Origin: Utricularia gibba
Taxonomy: Eukaryota; Plantae; Magnoliophyta
Length of the DNA: 64,000 nucleotides
Direction of reading: 5' to 3'
NCBI GenBank assembly: GCA_002189035.1
Contig: NEEC01000011.1
Location: 558,001-622,000, forward strand
The notes below the pieces were generated by a model. It was not told the DNA's origin, did no database searches, and saw only the letters and a program-made list of their open reading frames with translations. Below, one piece after another: positions 24,277-37,329 of this stretch. Position 1 is the stretch's first letter. Each line of letters opens with the position of its first letter. The translations under genes and the position numbers were made by a program.

Positions 24277-26418
24277 AGACTCTAGATTCTCAGATGAATT
24301 GAATGATACGGTTCAATCTCTTCTTTCAATTGAAGGCAGAGGGTTGGCTCTGTTCAATCTCTTCTTTCAATTTAAAAGATCAAATTGACCCAACGAGCGG
24401 AATGGAAATGAAGCGAGTTAAAGAACAGAGCTCCCATTTGGAGCGAGTTTGCAGGAGTTGATTTGCAGTAGGTTTCCATGCGGGAGTTATTTCTTTATCT
24501 AATTCTAGGGAGCACGGCTCCCATTTGAATTATCTTAGCCCCAGTCCATGTTATTCCAGTTTCTTGGAAAGTTTGACCAATTGTCAATTCTTGATTTCAA
24601 AAATTGGATCGGTTTGATCTATAGTCACATGCAGATTATCTTCATGTCCAGTACCATTCGCTGCACAAGTCAATCTCCATTCATTTATTCTGCCAATTCG
24701 GAGAGGCAATTATTTAAGATGCTGTCTTTTTTTTACTAACACATTTTTCAGTAGGTTATATATTCACTTATGCTGGCTTCTTGCTTGCCTCCATCGGGAA
24801 AATTTGGCTAGGTTTGATGATGGTCAAGGTTTTGTTGTAAATAAACATATGAGTCAAAAAATGTGGATATAGTCGAATGGTAAAATTTCTCTTTGTCAAG
24901 TAGAAGAAAAGATTTTTCGTAAAGCCATTATCCAAGAGAATACTTGTAGTTATTGACTTGAAAAGGGAAAATGTTGTATAATTGTTTTATTTTCTGCAAT
25001 TTTCTCAATCTCACTATGTAAATTACCCAATATTGTATAAAGTTGGGCATCACATGCATGCATGAAGGGTTCTAATTTATTATATTGGGTTTGGAGGCTT
25101 CGAAACCCAAAAGACTACACACACAAGAAAGTGCAAAACTGACCCTAAAAGCCTCTTGCGTGCGTGTGTCCATTTGGATTAGACATATATATAATCGATT
25201 GGTTCCTAAAATCGAGATAGTGTTCTGGAAGAATCTTTTGAATTTTGAAAGATCAAAAAATTCTTTAGTATAACATACTATGTGCTTGAGGTTTTGTTCG
25301 TTTCTTGTTTTTGTATCAAAAAATTCCTGAAAACTTTAGGTCAGATCCATTTTTGGATCACATTAGCCCCAAGACGTAGGTACTGAACTAGATTCAGAAT
25401 ACACTCACTTGGTGACTTCTTACTTCTCAAGGCCGCTGATCAAGCTATTTACATAAGCAAAAAAAATGGAAAGGTATAAAGTCATTAAAAGCTGTAACCT
25501 CTCTATAGTACTCTAATTCTTCGGAAGATATAATTGGGGGACATGTATGATTAGGTACTTAACGGCCAATATCTGGTTATTGCCGCTAGAAAAGGTTTAT
25601 TGACACAAATCGAATTTCTACTATGAACTCTAAAGTCGCTCCTTGCTTTATCTTTTTTTCATTTTAGATTTCTGATAAGCTAAATACACTGCACTCTTCG
25701 GCTAATTGACTCTACCCATTAACATCTGTTGCACATCCTTACACCTCTCAACTCGAAACCCTTTCCTATCTAGTGTCAGCTGATAGGAATTGAAAAAGCT
25801 AATTGACTCTGAGTTTTGAACAAGCTACTGCAACATCCATTTCATTAGGAATTGATAATCTTTTAACAATACCCTCGAAGAGATAGCAGCTTGAGTAGTA
25901 AAGTCTTGATTTCCAGAGGCTTCTAGGCTCGCTTTTGTTACTCATTGATGATACACTTTTTTTTTGGAATTGATCGATAGATTTCTCGAAACAATCTCCA
26001 ACTCATCGGATGTCACCTAATGCTAACAATTGTAGAATTCTAAAGTGTAGCAGCCCTTGAAATGAGTGCATAACTCTTTATTAATTTAAGACATTTGGGA
26101 GTTCTTTGGACTCCTTCCAAGACTGATAGGTGCCATTCTTAATTTACTAAATTATACTAATTTATAAATTATTATTCAACCATTTCATTTTTTCAAGTTC
26201 AATCAGAACAACATAAGACAACGCAAGGAAAAAAGATCAATGATTTTTAGATAAGTCGGTAAGATGATTTAAAAACTGATCATACCATGATGATAGTATC
26301 ATCTAGACAAAAGTAAATTGCCTCTTAATCGTAAATAAAATTTTTCAACTTTATTTAAATTAAATTGACCATTTTTTCCTATGAGGTCAACAGAAGACCC
26401 GAGACCATTATTTCTTGT

Positions 26419-28019
26419 GGCAAATAATTACATATTTGACCTAAAAATCAAGAGTTTGAGCATAACGAGCCCAGAAATTTTCATAAGGGGGCATAATGGA
26501 CCCATGCAATTTCATGAATGACATATTTGACCCATAAATTTTGTTAATTGGCATATGTAACCCATGAATTTTTTTTACCGTAGAAGACACTCATCTTACA
26601 ACAACAGATTTGGTCCATAAAAGTTTTGATTTTGATATATTTGACCCAAATTGTTTACTAGTTTGGCATTTGACCCACACAGTTGAATCTGCTTTAATAA
26701 TAATAATAATTTAATAATATATAATTAACTATTAAAATATTTAAAATTCTGTTTTTTTTTAAATTTGACCCTAAATCGAATTGGGGATGGCACTTCCTTT
26801 CCTGTCGCAGGTGAAGGCGAACTATGAAGAGCTCGAGAGAAGTGATTCCTGAACAACCGGAAAGGTGTGAAGATTGGACATATTTTCTTTTTTTTTCTGG
26901 TCCTCTATACACGGAATAGAAAAATGTGGAAAAAGATTATAAAAGAGCAGTTGTTCTAGATCATCATTCTTTGAAGGTATGGTTTTCATGATTTTTTCGC
27001 TTCACTGCATTATTGCATTTATTTCTTGTTTGCCTGATTGCTATTGTTGAACTTTTGTGCAAAAAGATTTGCACCCAGACAATCCACATCCCATTTTAAC
27101 TCATTGTACTGATAGGTGTCTCAACAATTTAAGCTTTCTATCTTGAATGAATGAATAGTATGGGTGGCTACTAATATTGTTCAAATGAAGCATCATTTGC
27201 TCTCTACGTTACTGAGACTTTACCTGCGACTACGTGTTGGCTACATTCAAGAATACAAATCCTCAGATAACTAGTAATAAGCTACAACCTTAATGCAGGT
27301 ATCAGTGCAGCACCACTGCCGTTTCTGTTGGTAAGTATGATAATAAACAAATCCCTATGTTGGTTGCTTTGCTTCAGATGACTAACTTGGCATGCATGTT
27401 ATGCAGTGGCTCCTACTTGCTATGCTCACTTTGGTGGCAGCGCAGCTGGGTCAGTGGATTAAGTTTGAGCAAAACTTGGAAACATCCTTTAGACAAGGTT
27501 GTGGTCCCAGCAGTACAACTTCGGCTCTGGCTGTCCCTTCGATGCCTCCACTTAAGAAAAAAGTTAGAAACTTGTTCTTTTACTCACCAGGACTGACCCA
27601 TCATACATAGCCTATCTTTTTGGAGATAAATATGATTAATACCTGGTTTTTCAACCCTCTCACTTCTTTTCTGCTTGGATTCACCTACACTAGGATAAGG
27701 GTAGTTATTTTTGCTTAGATAGTTATCTAAGGCAAATTGATGCAGAAGCTAGGGCCACCAAGTGAAGCCTAACTTGTTCGTTCCTATCATACTTTATGCT
27801 TTATGGGTTAACTATACCAATTAAAGTTCTATGAATTTTCTTTGGGTCAAATACGCCTCGTTATGAAATTTTATAGGTCAAAAGTGTAAAAAATAAATTT
27901 TTTATGGGTTAAATATATCATGTACATAATTTTTTGTAGGTCAAATGTGTTATTTCATTAAAATTTTGGGTCATATAAGCCAAACCGGTATCAGTTCTAG
28001 TCAAATATATCGAAAGTCC
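26419..28019. mobile_element. Non-autonomous MULE-like element with gene-like interior (Pack-MULE candidate)
   Basis: Left arm has repeated atttgaccc, right arm repeated gggtcaaat (inverted); interior has higher-GC exon-like blocks with GT/AG signals; no convincing TSD. Confidence 0.55.
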
Positions 28020-29082
28020 TTGTGGTACTTTCCACTACCCTAGAAACTTGAATAAGAAATCAATCAACTAAGCTCATATCCTTGCCTAAAAGAATGAGCA
28101 ATTCCAATGCAATTCACATAGCCTCTTTCTATCAAGAAAAAATGAGTGAAGCTCCCAATGTGCCTATGACAGCACTCGGGTAAGGCTATCACTTCATTAG
28201 CTCAGGTTGTTTCAAGTGTCTTCTTGGATAGTCATAGCGGCCCAATCAGAACTCCAATGAGAATGTGTTGTGTCATTGAAAAATGATCTTGTCCAGGCTT
28301 GAAAACCCTTTTGTTGCTCTTAGATATGATCAGTTCAATAAGAGATCATGCTTTTTAGAAAAGTGTTTTTTTGTTGAATCATCATTTCATATGATTTCTT
28401 ATGAAATAAAAAAGACGGAAGTAGAACTTGTTTTACTTGCTTATCATAAGCAATATTTTTATTTGCACTCTAATTTTTTTCATTTATCAAACTTGCGTTG
28501 CACCAAATGTCCTACGGAATATGAGAATTTCCACCTTGTTGAAGATCTTCACAAATATTATACTTGGCTTTCTAGTGCCTCCTGTCTGTCCCTTTCCTCC
28601 TCTATACGTCTAACTTCACAAGCACAAATTCCACTTTTGATAGGTCCAAAAATTCATTAATAAAAAAACAACCCCTTTTCGGTTTATTGGTTTTGAGATG
28701 TGTAAATTAATTCCTTATATTCGCCAAATGGGACCTGCAACAATGATGGAGCACTCTAAGTAATCGCCCATATGTCATTGTCTTTCGTGTATTGGATTAC
28801 ATATCCGAAAGTTATCGCAACTCCATCAAAGGAACTAAGTGCCACTTGATGAGTAACCAAGAACAAAGGAGAGGGATATGGAACCTCGGAAATGTTCTTT
28901 TCATGTCTTATCTTCTGAACGGCAATGATTTTGCAATTCATTGAGCCTCAAACCAACCTGAAATAGTACTTTAAAAGATTGGTTAATTGTTGAGCATGAG
29001 GAAGAAATCTTTTCAAACCTCTTGCAATAGTATGAGGTTTCGTGGACTTGATTAGTGTGAAATTTCTTTTCAAGAGCCATCG

Positions 29083-30390
29083 TGATAACATTCAAATTTT
29101 CATGTTTTTAGGATATAAAAATCATTATTTTATTTCGCGATTTGAATGTTTATACATTATTTTTAAGTATTTTGCTATAGCTTAGGTGGACTAAATCTTA
29201 TTATACTTTTTAAGTATTTGGCTATAGGTTAGGTAAAGTTGTGATTTTATGTGTAGGCAAACTAAAATGATTTAGTAGACTGTATGTTACTAACTTAGCT
29301 AAAATGATTCAAGAGTGCTGGAATTATAGAAGATTCGAGTTGTTTGAGAGTCTTTCAATTCACTTTGAAAGGAGGAACAAAGACATGGTTTAATTCAATA
29401 AGGCCTAAAAATATTGCCAATTGGGGTGGAATGATGATAGTATTCTTGAGCAAATGATTTTCCAGCATCTAAAGCTGAGGGAATTAGATAGGAAATTAGT
29501 GATGTTGAACAAATGAACATTGAATCGCTTCATGATTATTGGGAGAGATTTAACCTACTTTCGGGATCTTGCCCATAGAATGGCTTTCAAACGAGCACCT
29601 TGTCAAGTATTTTTATGATGCATTATCGTGCACTGATAGTGCCATGGTTGATTTGGCACCAGGACAATTTCTAAGCAAGAAAACACCAATCTAGGCTCTT
29701 TCCTTGCTTGAGGAGCTAGCTGAATGCTCAAGATATATTATCATAAAGCAGACCTAAAATAAGAGAGTGTATGAAGTGAAGAGCAAGTCCATAAATTTAG
29801 AAACTGAACTTATGAAAAATGTTGTTGCAATGTCAAAAATGATGAAAAAGCTATTCTTATTCCAAACTAAAAGCATGCCATGCGGAAACTATTACAGAAC
29901 AGCACATGTTGCTGACAAATGTCCAGATTTGTTTGAAGAAGAGCATGTAAAGGCCATGTGATATTTAGAACTACAATAGAGGAATAAGTATGATCTATGT
30001 TCAAACATATACATTCCAAGTTGGAAGGATCATCCAAATTTTTATTGCAGCAACAACCACAATAGAGAGAGTTCAACAATGGTTAGCCAAATTTTTTGAA
30101 GCAGCAACAATCCTATCAAGCACCTCCATTTTGAAGATATAATTAGTAGAAAAAGCAGCAATTTTAACCCTCCAGGTCAAGGCAATGCTGGAGGGAGTTC
30201 TGGAAATTCTTTAGAAAAAATGTTGAAAACATTCATGGTACAGTCCATTAAAAATCAAGCTGAAAATCAATAACCTATCTCGAATTTGGAGGTTCAAGTA
30301 AGTCAATTGGAAACAAAGCTTAGGGAGCTGAAATACAAAGGAAGTTTACTATCTCAACCCAAGCTGAACCAAAATTCTAGTGGAGAGCCA
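29083..30390 (+). mobile_element. Athila-like LTR fragment and degenerate gag
   Basis: tgataacattcaaattttcatg resembles the LTR start; ESLHDYWERF gag motif; 30250-30385 similar to 890-1030. Confidence 0.75.
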
Positions 30391-31050
30391 AGTTGAGAAG
30401 AGGGTTGGGTGGCCAGTTGCTGTGGGGTCGTCCATCATTGCTGGGGCAGAGAAAGGACTAACAAGGCATTCCTATGTTTGTGTTTCAAGGTGGAGGGGTG
30501 TACCATTAAGGGTAGAGATGGAGATTGGTAATGATGATACTGTGGGAGTAGGATGGATGTTGGGGGCTGACCGACACCAAGAGTCTTTAATCTAACTCAT
30601 GAGGATGTGGAACATGATGTCAGTGCCATAATAGGTATGCTCAATTCTCTTACTCTTACTGTTCTATTTGATTGCAGAACCACACAGTTGTTTGTGGCCA
30701 AGGACATAGTTGATAAGGTAGGACTTGAAGGCAAGGTTTTGGACGTGGCAGCTTGGTTGACGATTGGGTGAGTTTATCATATGGGCCATATCTTTTAGAA
30801 CTAGACATCCGAAAGTTTGACGGGATATTGGGATCGAACTGGCTTAGTGCGCATAGAGCCCGAATAGGTTGTACGGACCATGTGCTAGGGTTTTAGGATT
30901 CGAGGGGGAAGCAATGGGAGATAAAGGCTGGGGAGGAGTATTGTAGATGAGGGGCAGATGATGGGTGCGAGCCAATAGCTTACTGTCTACTAGTGTATGC
31001 ATTGGGTGGTGGGGAGACATCATAGGAAGGGTGGGATCCCCCATTGGTGA
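30390..31050 (+). mobile_element. Chromovirus (Tekay-like) gag-protease fragment
   Basis: RVFNLTHE..., VLFDCRTTQLFV (degenerate DSGATHSF) and FDGILGSNWLSAH (degenerate FDVILGMDWL). Confidence 0.65.
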
Positions 31051-31054
31051 GTAG

Positions 31055-33030
31055 AAAATCTGAATTGTTTGCATTGATTCATTCGAAAGTATGTGATTAT
31101 AAGATATGTGTATCTAGAGGTGGCAATAAGTTTATGATTACTTTTGTTGATGATTGCTCTAGATATACTCAAGTGAATTTGTTGAAACATAAATCCGAGC
31201 ATTTGATAAATTTATGTTATTTAAAGCTGAGGCAGAAAACCAACTTGAAAAGAAAATAAAAAGACTCAGATCTGATAAAGGGTGTGAGTATGTATTATTC
31301 AAAGACTTGTGTGAGAAGTATGGAATGATACATGAGAAGACTCCTCCCTACTTTCCTGAGTCAAATGGAGTTGCTAAGAGGGAGAATAGGACACTGAAGG
31401 AAATGATGAAATTATTGCTTATTATTTCTTGCATTCTAGATGAAATGTGGGGGGAAGCGATTCTCACAACTTGTCACGTTCAGAATCGAATCCCACGTAA
31501 GAAAATAGACAAAATTCCGTATGAGATATGGAAAGGCTACACACCAAACCTTAAGTATTTAAGGGTGTGGGGGTGTTAAGCAAAAGTGATGTTACCTGAT
31601 TCGAAGAAAAGGAAGATTGGGTCAAAAAAATTTGATTGTCTATTTATAGGATATGTATAGGGGAGTGCTACATATCAATTTCTTGTGATCAAGAGTCATG
31701 TCCTTGATCAGCATAGAATACTAGAAATAAAAAATGTAGAATTCTTTGAGCACATCTTTCCTCTAGTAGGAAAATGACAATATGGTGGTGATGAGACACC
31801 TACCAATGAACCTGCTGAAACTAGTGGATCCTTGGATGAAGTGCCTTTGAGACGAAGCAAAAGGCATAGGGTAGAGTCTAGCATCGGCGATGACTTCTAT
31901 GTGTATTTCACCAATGGAGATCCTCTGACCTACTATGCTGCAATTACTTCTCTAGATGCTCTATTGTGGATGAAGGCCATTCAAAGTGAGATGGATTTGC
32001 TCCATCAAAACAAGTTATGGAAACTAGTGGACCTAACCCTGGGGCAAAGCCAATTAGGAGCAAGTGGATTTTTAAGAAAAAGATCCTTGCAAATGGTAAA
32101 GTAGAAAAATACAAGATTCGCTTTGTAGCGAAGAGTTTCACTTAGAAACAAAGTGTTGACTACTTTGAGACATTTGCCTCAATGGTTCACTTCTTTGCCA
32201 TACGAGTACTCTTTGCAATGACATCTGTGCACAATTGGACAGTTCACCAATTTCAAAACGGCATTCTTGTATGGTGAATTGGAGGAAGAAATCTACATGT
32301 TTCAGCTTGATTGTTGTATAAAAGCTAGAGATGAACACAAAGTGTGTCGACTGAAGAGGTCACTATATGGCTTGAAACAAGCACCTAAACAATGGCATGA
32401 GAAATTTGATGAAGTCATAACATCATTAGACTTCACATCAAATCCAATCGAGAGATGTGTTTACTCTAAGACTTTTAATGATCAATGTGTGATCATAACT
32501 CTCTACGTTAATGATTTGGTGATCTTTGGGATGAACCAAGGCACAGTGCTAGAGGCCATGAAATTCTTAACCTCTAAATTTTAGATGAAGGACATGGGTG
32601 AATCGAGCTACATATTGGGCATCAAAATTATGAGAAATAAAGAAAGGTTTCTCAAGTTAGCTACATATTGGGCATCAAAATTGTGAGAAATGAAGAAGGG
32701 TTTCTCAAGCTAGCTACATATTGGGTATTAAAATTGTGAGAAATGAAGAAGGGTTTCTACTGACTCAAAGTCATTACACTATGAAATTCTTACAGAAGTT
32801 TGGTTTAAATGAGGAGAAACCAACTCGGACTCCATATGATCCTAGTATTAACTTAAAGAAAAATAGCGATGACCCTATGTCCCAAAGCGAATTTGCATAA
32901 ATAATGGGAAGTGTGATATATCTAATGAATCATACCCGACTTGACATAGCGTATGCAGTAGATAGACTGTGTAGATACATACACAACCCAAATGAGATTC
33001 ATTGGGCAGCTGTGAGATAGTTATTGAGAT
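31055..33030 (+). mobile_element. Degenerate Ty1/copia integrase-RT
   Basis: KIKRLRSDKGCEY, ESNGVAKRENRTLKEMM, KRSLYGLKQAPKQW; inverted copy of 13594-15520. Confidence 0.92.
32606..32758 (+). repeat. 53-bp tandem repeat, 3 copies, inside copia RT
   Basis: Units start at 32606, 32659 and 32712 (agctacatattggg...); 2 copies in the sister element at 13865-13967. Confidence 0.95.
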
Positions 33031-33716
33031 GGGTTCTTTAATTTTTCTACCCACTGCATTTTATTGCTATTTTAAAAATATCCACTGTGTTATTATGTTA
33101 AAAAAATACTCATCTTCCAAAAATTAATTTTATTTTATTCTATTTTATTCCATTTCTATTAAATAAAGATCCGACATATCCATTTTATTTGATTCTCGAC
33201 ATGGGTTTTAATTTTGTTTTCTATTTATTTTATTATGTAAATTTGATAAATTATGTCAAAATTATTATTTTATGCTAAATATATGATAATTAAATGTAAA
33301 AGGAATTATAAAACATAAAAAATATAACTAATTTTTCACTTTGGTTTTTTATTTATTCATTTGTTGAATTCATGCTTTTTATTCATATTATATGATATTA
33401 TGTTTTGTATAGTAAAAAAAGGTATTTTATTCATAAAAAATGTAAATACAAATATAAATGTATATATATAAATATATAATTTTTATTTCATTATAAATCA
33501 TATCAATAAACACATTGTGTACTTTATTTAATAGTATTTAAAACTAAATTGAATTTTATAAAAAAACATAATTTGTAATGCGAAAATAAATTGAACCCAT
33601 GCCACCCCTCTCGGCGCGCTTCCCTCGCAGCGTGCCACTCTGCCATGGCAGGCATCTGCATCGTGGGTGTGGCCGGGCCTTGCGGGCATAATGTGCAAGT
33701 CGCGACTAGCGCACAC

Positions 33717-33806
33717 TAGGGATGTACTATTCAAATGAACATAAATGATTTTAATCGAGTAGAACACAATTCGAATATGATTTGTTCGTTCATGATAACA
33801 TCATTA
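33717..33806. mobile_element. 90-bp hAT-type MITE
   Basis: TIRs tagggatg / catcatta with 8-bp TSD GCGCACAC/GCGCAGGC; the empty site GCGCACGC is present in the sister TIR near 12850. Confidence 0.75.
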
Positions 33807-33964
33807 GCGCAGGCTTCCTGGCACTTGGTGCGTGCCAGCCCGCACATGGCACGAGCATCTTGTGCGAGGCGCTGCCCGCACACGCTACCCTGACGCCGCT
33901 CCCTTGCAGGGTGTGCGCCTATGTGGGTGCCAGCCCTTGACCATCCTGCTCAACTGAATTATTT

Positions 33965-34650
33965 GATTATCATGTGATGTATTTGCCACTTGTATCTACA
34001 GTTTACTATGGTTGGCCTTCATAATTGTTTATATAATTTAAGTAAAATCGATGACCACTTAACAAATGAAGACATAAAAATTAAAATTAATACATTTGCA
34101 TAAGTTGATTGTATATATAATCAATATATATGTAACTAAATATAATTTATGATGAAATAGATTTTAACATCATATTTTCTATAAATATATTTAAAGATAT
34201 AATAATAACTTTTTGTTATTTAGTAATAAATTTGTATTATATTGAAATAAATCTATTTAAATGATTTTTTTGATTATCATGTGATGTGTTTGCCACTTCA
34301 CGTAATAAATGAATTATGGTTGGCCTTCGTAATTGTTTATATAATTTAAGTAAAATTTATGACAAATTAACCAATGATTACATACAAATTAAAATTAATA
34401 CATTTGCAAAGTTGATTGTATATATAATCAATATATATGTAACTAAATATAATTTCTGATGAAATAGATTTTAACAACATATTTCTTATAAATATATTTA
34501 AAGATATAATAATAACACTTTATCATTTAGTAATAAATTTATTTTATATCGAAATAAATTTATTTAAATGAATTGTTTGATTATCATGTGACGTGTTTGC
34601 CACTTACATCTTCACGTTATTATGGTTGGCCTCCATAATTATTTATTGCA
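33965..34650 (+). repeat. 307-bp tandem repeat, ~2.3 copies, in the inner MULE TIR
   Basis: gattatcatgtg recurs at 33965, 34272 and 34579. Confidence 0.92.
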
Positions 34651-34933
34651 CATTAGACATGTTGGCTTATCCAATGTAATCTAAGTACCAATATGCTGTA
34701 AAAACCAATGCCAAGATTCATCTGTCTCCTCATCTACAAAAGCAAAGGCAAGAGGAAACCACTTCCAAAGTGGTGTAAGTGTCACTGCAATTAGTCATTT
34801 ATGCTTGTAAGAAGAATACAAATATGTTGCATCGACGGAGTTAACAGAGAGTGTATGTTGGTATGCACGTATACATGGTCCAAATGCCCAAAATACATAA
34901 TGCAATGTTTCATCATCTTGCCAATGTTTGTAG

Positions 34934-35926
34934 TCAATAACTATTTCTTGATTTGGAAGCATTACTTCCTGCAAAAAAGTAGAGAGTTTTGGAACTGACT
35001 CTGCCTAAGTACCATAGAGCAATTGAAATGCTTTTTGTCTTCCAAACCAAGCTCAGTGGTATGGTATAGTATAACCGGTTTCCTGCAATTATTGTATGCT
35101 TTTTTATTTTAGTAATTATTGTAGATACTTTGGTCCCAATATCAAATTGAATATATGGCTTGGCCTTTTCTGCAATATACGTTACATTGATGTTATTGTG
35201 ATTAAAAAACCATCCTCCAAGGCGCCAACAAGTATGAGGCTCAATCAGTTTATTCACCTTCCATCTGTTAATTTTTTTGTAATGTACTACATGAATTCTC
35301 CATCTGCACTGTTGTCCTCCAAACATGGGGCAATGAAGATCTAGAACTCTTGGCTCACTATTATGCACAATATATTCCTTGCCCATTTTGATCATGTGAT
35401 TTCGCATAGCATTATGAAAGTCTTCCTTGGGTTCAATAATATTTTCATCATTTGTATCATTTTCATCATTAGACTCATTTGTTTCAGGTGGGAGTTCTGC
35501 TCCTGGAACTTGGTGCTCATTGTCATAATCCCAATAAGCATCACCATTATCATAATCTGCATATTCTTCTAATATATGAATTTTGAATTAGATTCATAAT
35601 ACATATCATACATTAAAATTAAAATATATCATAAAATGCTAAAATTAATAAAATTAATTATGTAATATACCTTTTTTACTTTCCCTTGAAGCTATTGGAA
35701 TATCATTATCTTCAACATTAATATAATTACTTGGAAAATTGTTAAAATAAGTTGAGGGATTTCCTAAATAGGAGGGAGTGACAGATTTGCTGGAACTAAC
35801 ATACAAATCCACAGGCAAAGTAATATGATTTGGATGAAAAATATAGTATTGAGCAGATAGATTAAGTGTGTATTCGTTGGAGTTGATTCCACAAAATGCA
35901 AACAATTGATTGATGGCATCCTGCAT
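34934..35926 (-). pseudogene. MuDR-family transposase N-terminal remnant
   Basis: CRWRIHVVHYKKINRWKVNKLIEPHTC matches the MuDR C-x-W-R-I...W...PHTC zinc-finger pattern; upstream piece at 35654-35926. Confidence 0.75.
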
Positions 35927-36559
35927 TTCAATATTTATATCAAAATCTGCAAATCCTACCTGTGGTATATCATAAGTTGTAAAGTCTCCTTAGTTGATTA
36001 TAAGCTCTCCAAAGAGAGTGTGGCTATTTATAAGCTCTAAAATTAATGATTCTGGATACTAATGATTGCCTAAGCGCAATAAATATTTATGGAGGCCAAC
36101 CATAATAACGTGAAGATGTAAATGGCAAACACTTCACATGATAATCAAACAATTCATTTAAATAAATTTATTTCGATATAAAATAAATTTATTACTAAAT
36201 GATAAAGTGTTATTATTATATCTTTAAATATATTTATAAGAAATATGTTGTTAAAATCTATTTCATCAGAAATTATATTTAATTACATATATATATTGAT
36301 TTTACATAGAATCAATTTTAAAAAATGGATATGTATTGATATGATTTATAATGAAATAAATATATATATATTATATATATATATATTATTTACATTTTTT
36401 ATAATTATAATAGCTATTTTTATTATACAAAATATAATATCTTATATAATATGAATAAAAAACATGAATACTTACCAAATGAATAAATAAAAAAAACTAG
36501 TGTGATCACAATTCCGAAATTGGATTATTTGACTAATAGATTTTTTAAAAGTCTATAAC

Positions 36560-37278
36560 TCACAAATGAATACTTAACAAATGAATCAATAGGAGCTGCA
36601 AGGGATTATAGGTGTACTTGAGCGTTAAACAGTCAATTGTGGGGGTGGGCTTGATGTGATTGACTTTACCTTTGTATCACAAAATAGTATTTGATTCATA
36701 GAAATATAATTTCACCATCTACTTAGTTATACATGTGGAGAGCAATCAAGAGACTAGTTCATAATCGAAAGATACCATTCTCTAAACATTAGAGTTTGCA
36801 TGACCTAGGCCTTCTCCAATATGTAGGGGATTGTTGAATAAAGGTATTGAAGAAGGGGGTGGCCATCCCACATTATTAGTTGAACTGGTTTTCAACTAAT
36901 TTATATGGGAAGCCAACCCATTAACTTTGATGGATCTAAGAGTGAGCTAGGTCTGATGTGCACGTAGAGTTCCACTTCATTAGATTGGGTTGAGCTTCTG
37001 GAGGATCTCGAAACCCAAAAAAGGCTATGCTCAGGGGTGGTGGAAGGCCACCCTGTAAAGCCTCTCACGTCTGTGCACCTCAAGCCCATTTTTTTCTTTG
37101 TTTTGTCTCAAACTCATTAGGGTTTAGGGTTCAAATATATATTTAATTGATTTCTGAGACTGAGAGAGTAGTTCTAGAAGAGCCTCTTGAATCCTAGGGG
37201 TCAAGAAATCCTTTAGGAAAGTGTTTTATGTTTCTGAGGTTTTGATCTTTTCTTCTTCTTCGTGTTCAATTTACAACA
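36560..37278 (+). mobile_element. Copia 3' end: 3' UTR, PPT and 3' LTR (36832-37278)
   Basis: atgtaggggat then tgttgaata; LTR ends tttacaaca and matches 18262-18490 in reverse. Confidence 0.75.
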
Positions 37279-37329
37279 AAAATCACTACTGGGTGGCATA
37301 ACAAGGAAAGAACATTGAGATATTAGACT

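Larger units (their letters stand above)
33031..36550 (-). mobile_element. Mutator-like element with long TIRs and decayed transposase; right TIR truncated
   Basis: Starts GGG at 33031 inside copia RT; 33350-33510 and 34480-34650 are inverted against 36080-36500; contains MuDR-like ORF remnants. Confidence 0.8.

Noticed and set aside
24950-25350. LTR-like segment resembling copia LTRs
   Set aside because: No TG..CA boundaries, TSD or second copy could be established
25380-26130. Possible decayed LRR/NLR coding remnant on the minus strand (LEFYNC, IERLQLLMTLYLS)
   Set aside because: Only scattered leucine-rich phrases in different frames and no diagnostic NB-ARC motif; needs TBLASTX
28060-29080. 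Possible LINE 3' region (zf-RVT/RNase H-like) on the minus strand
   Set aside because: Motif similarity too weak to distinguish from chance
32606-34650. Regularly spaced repeats considered as a CRISPR-like array
   Set aside because: Units are contiguous tandem repeats without unique spacers, in eukaryotic TE context
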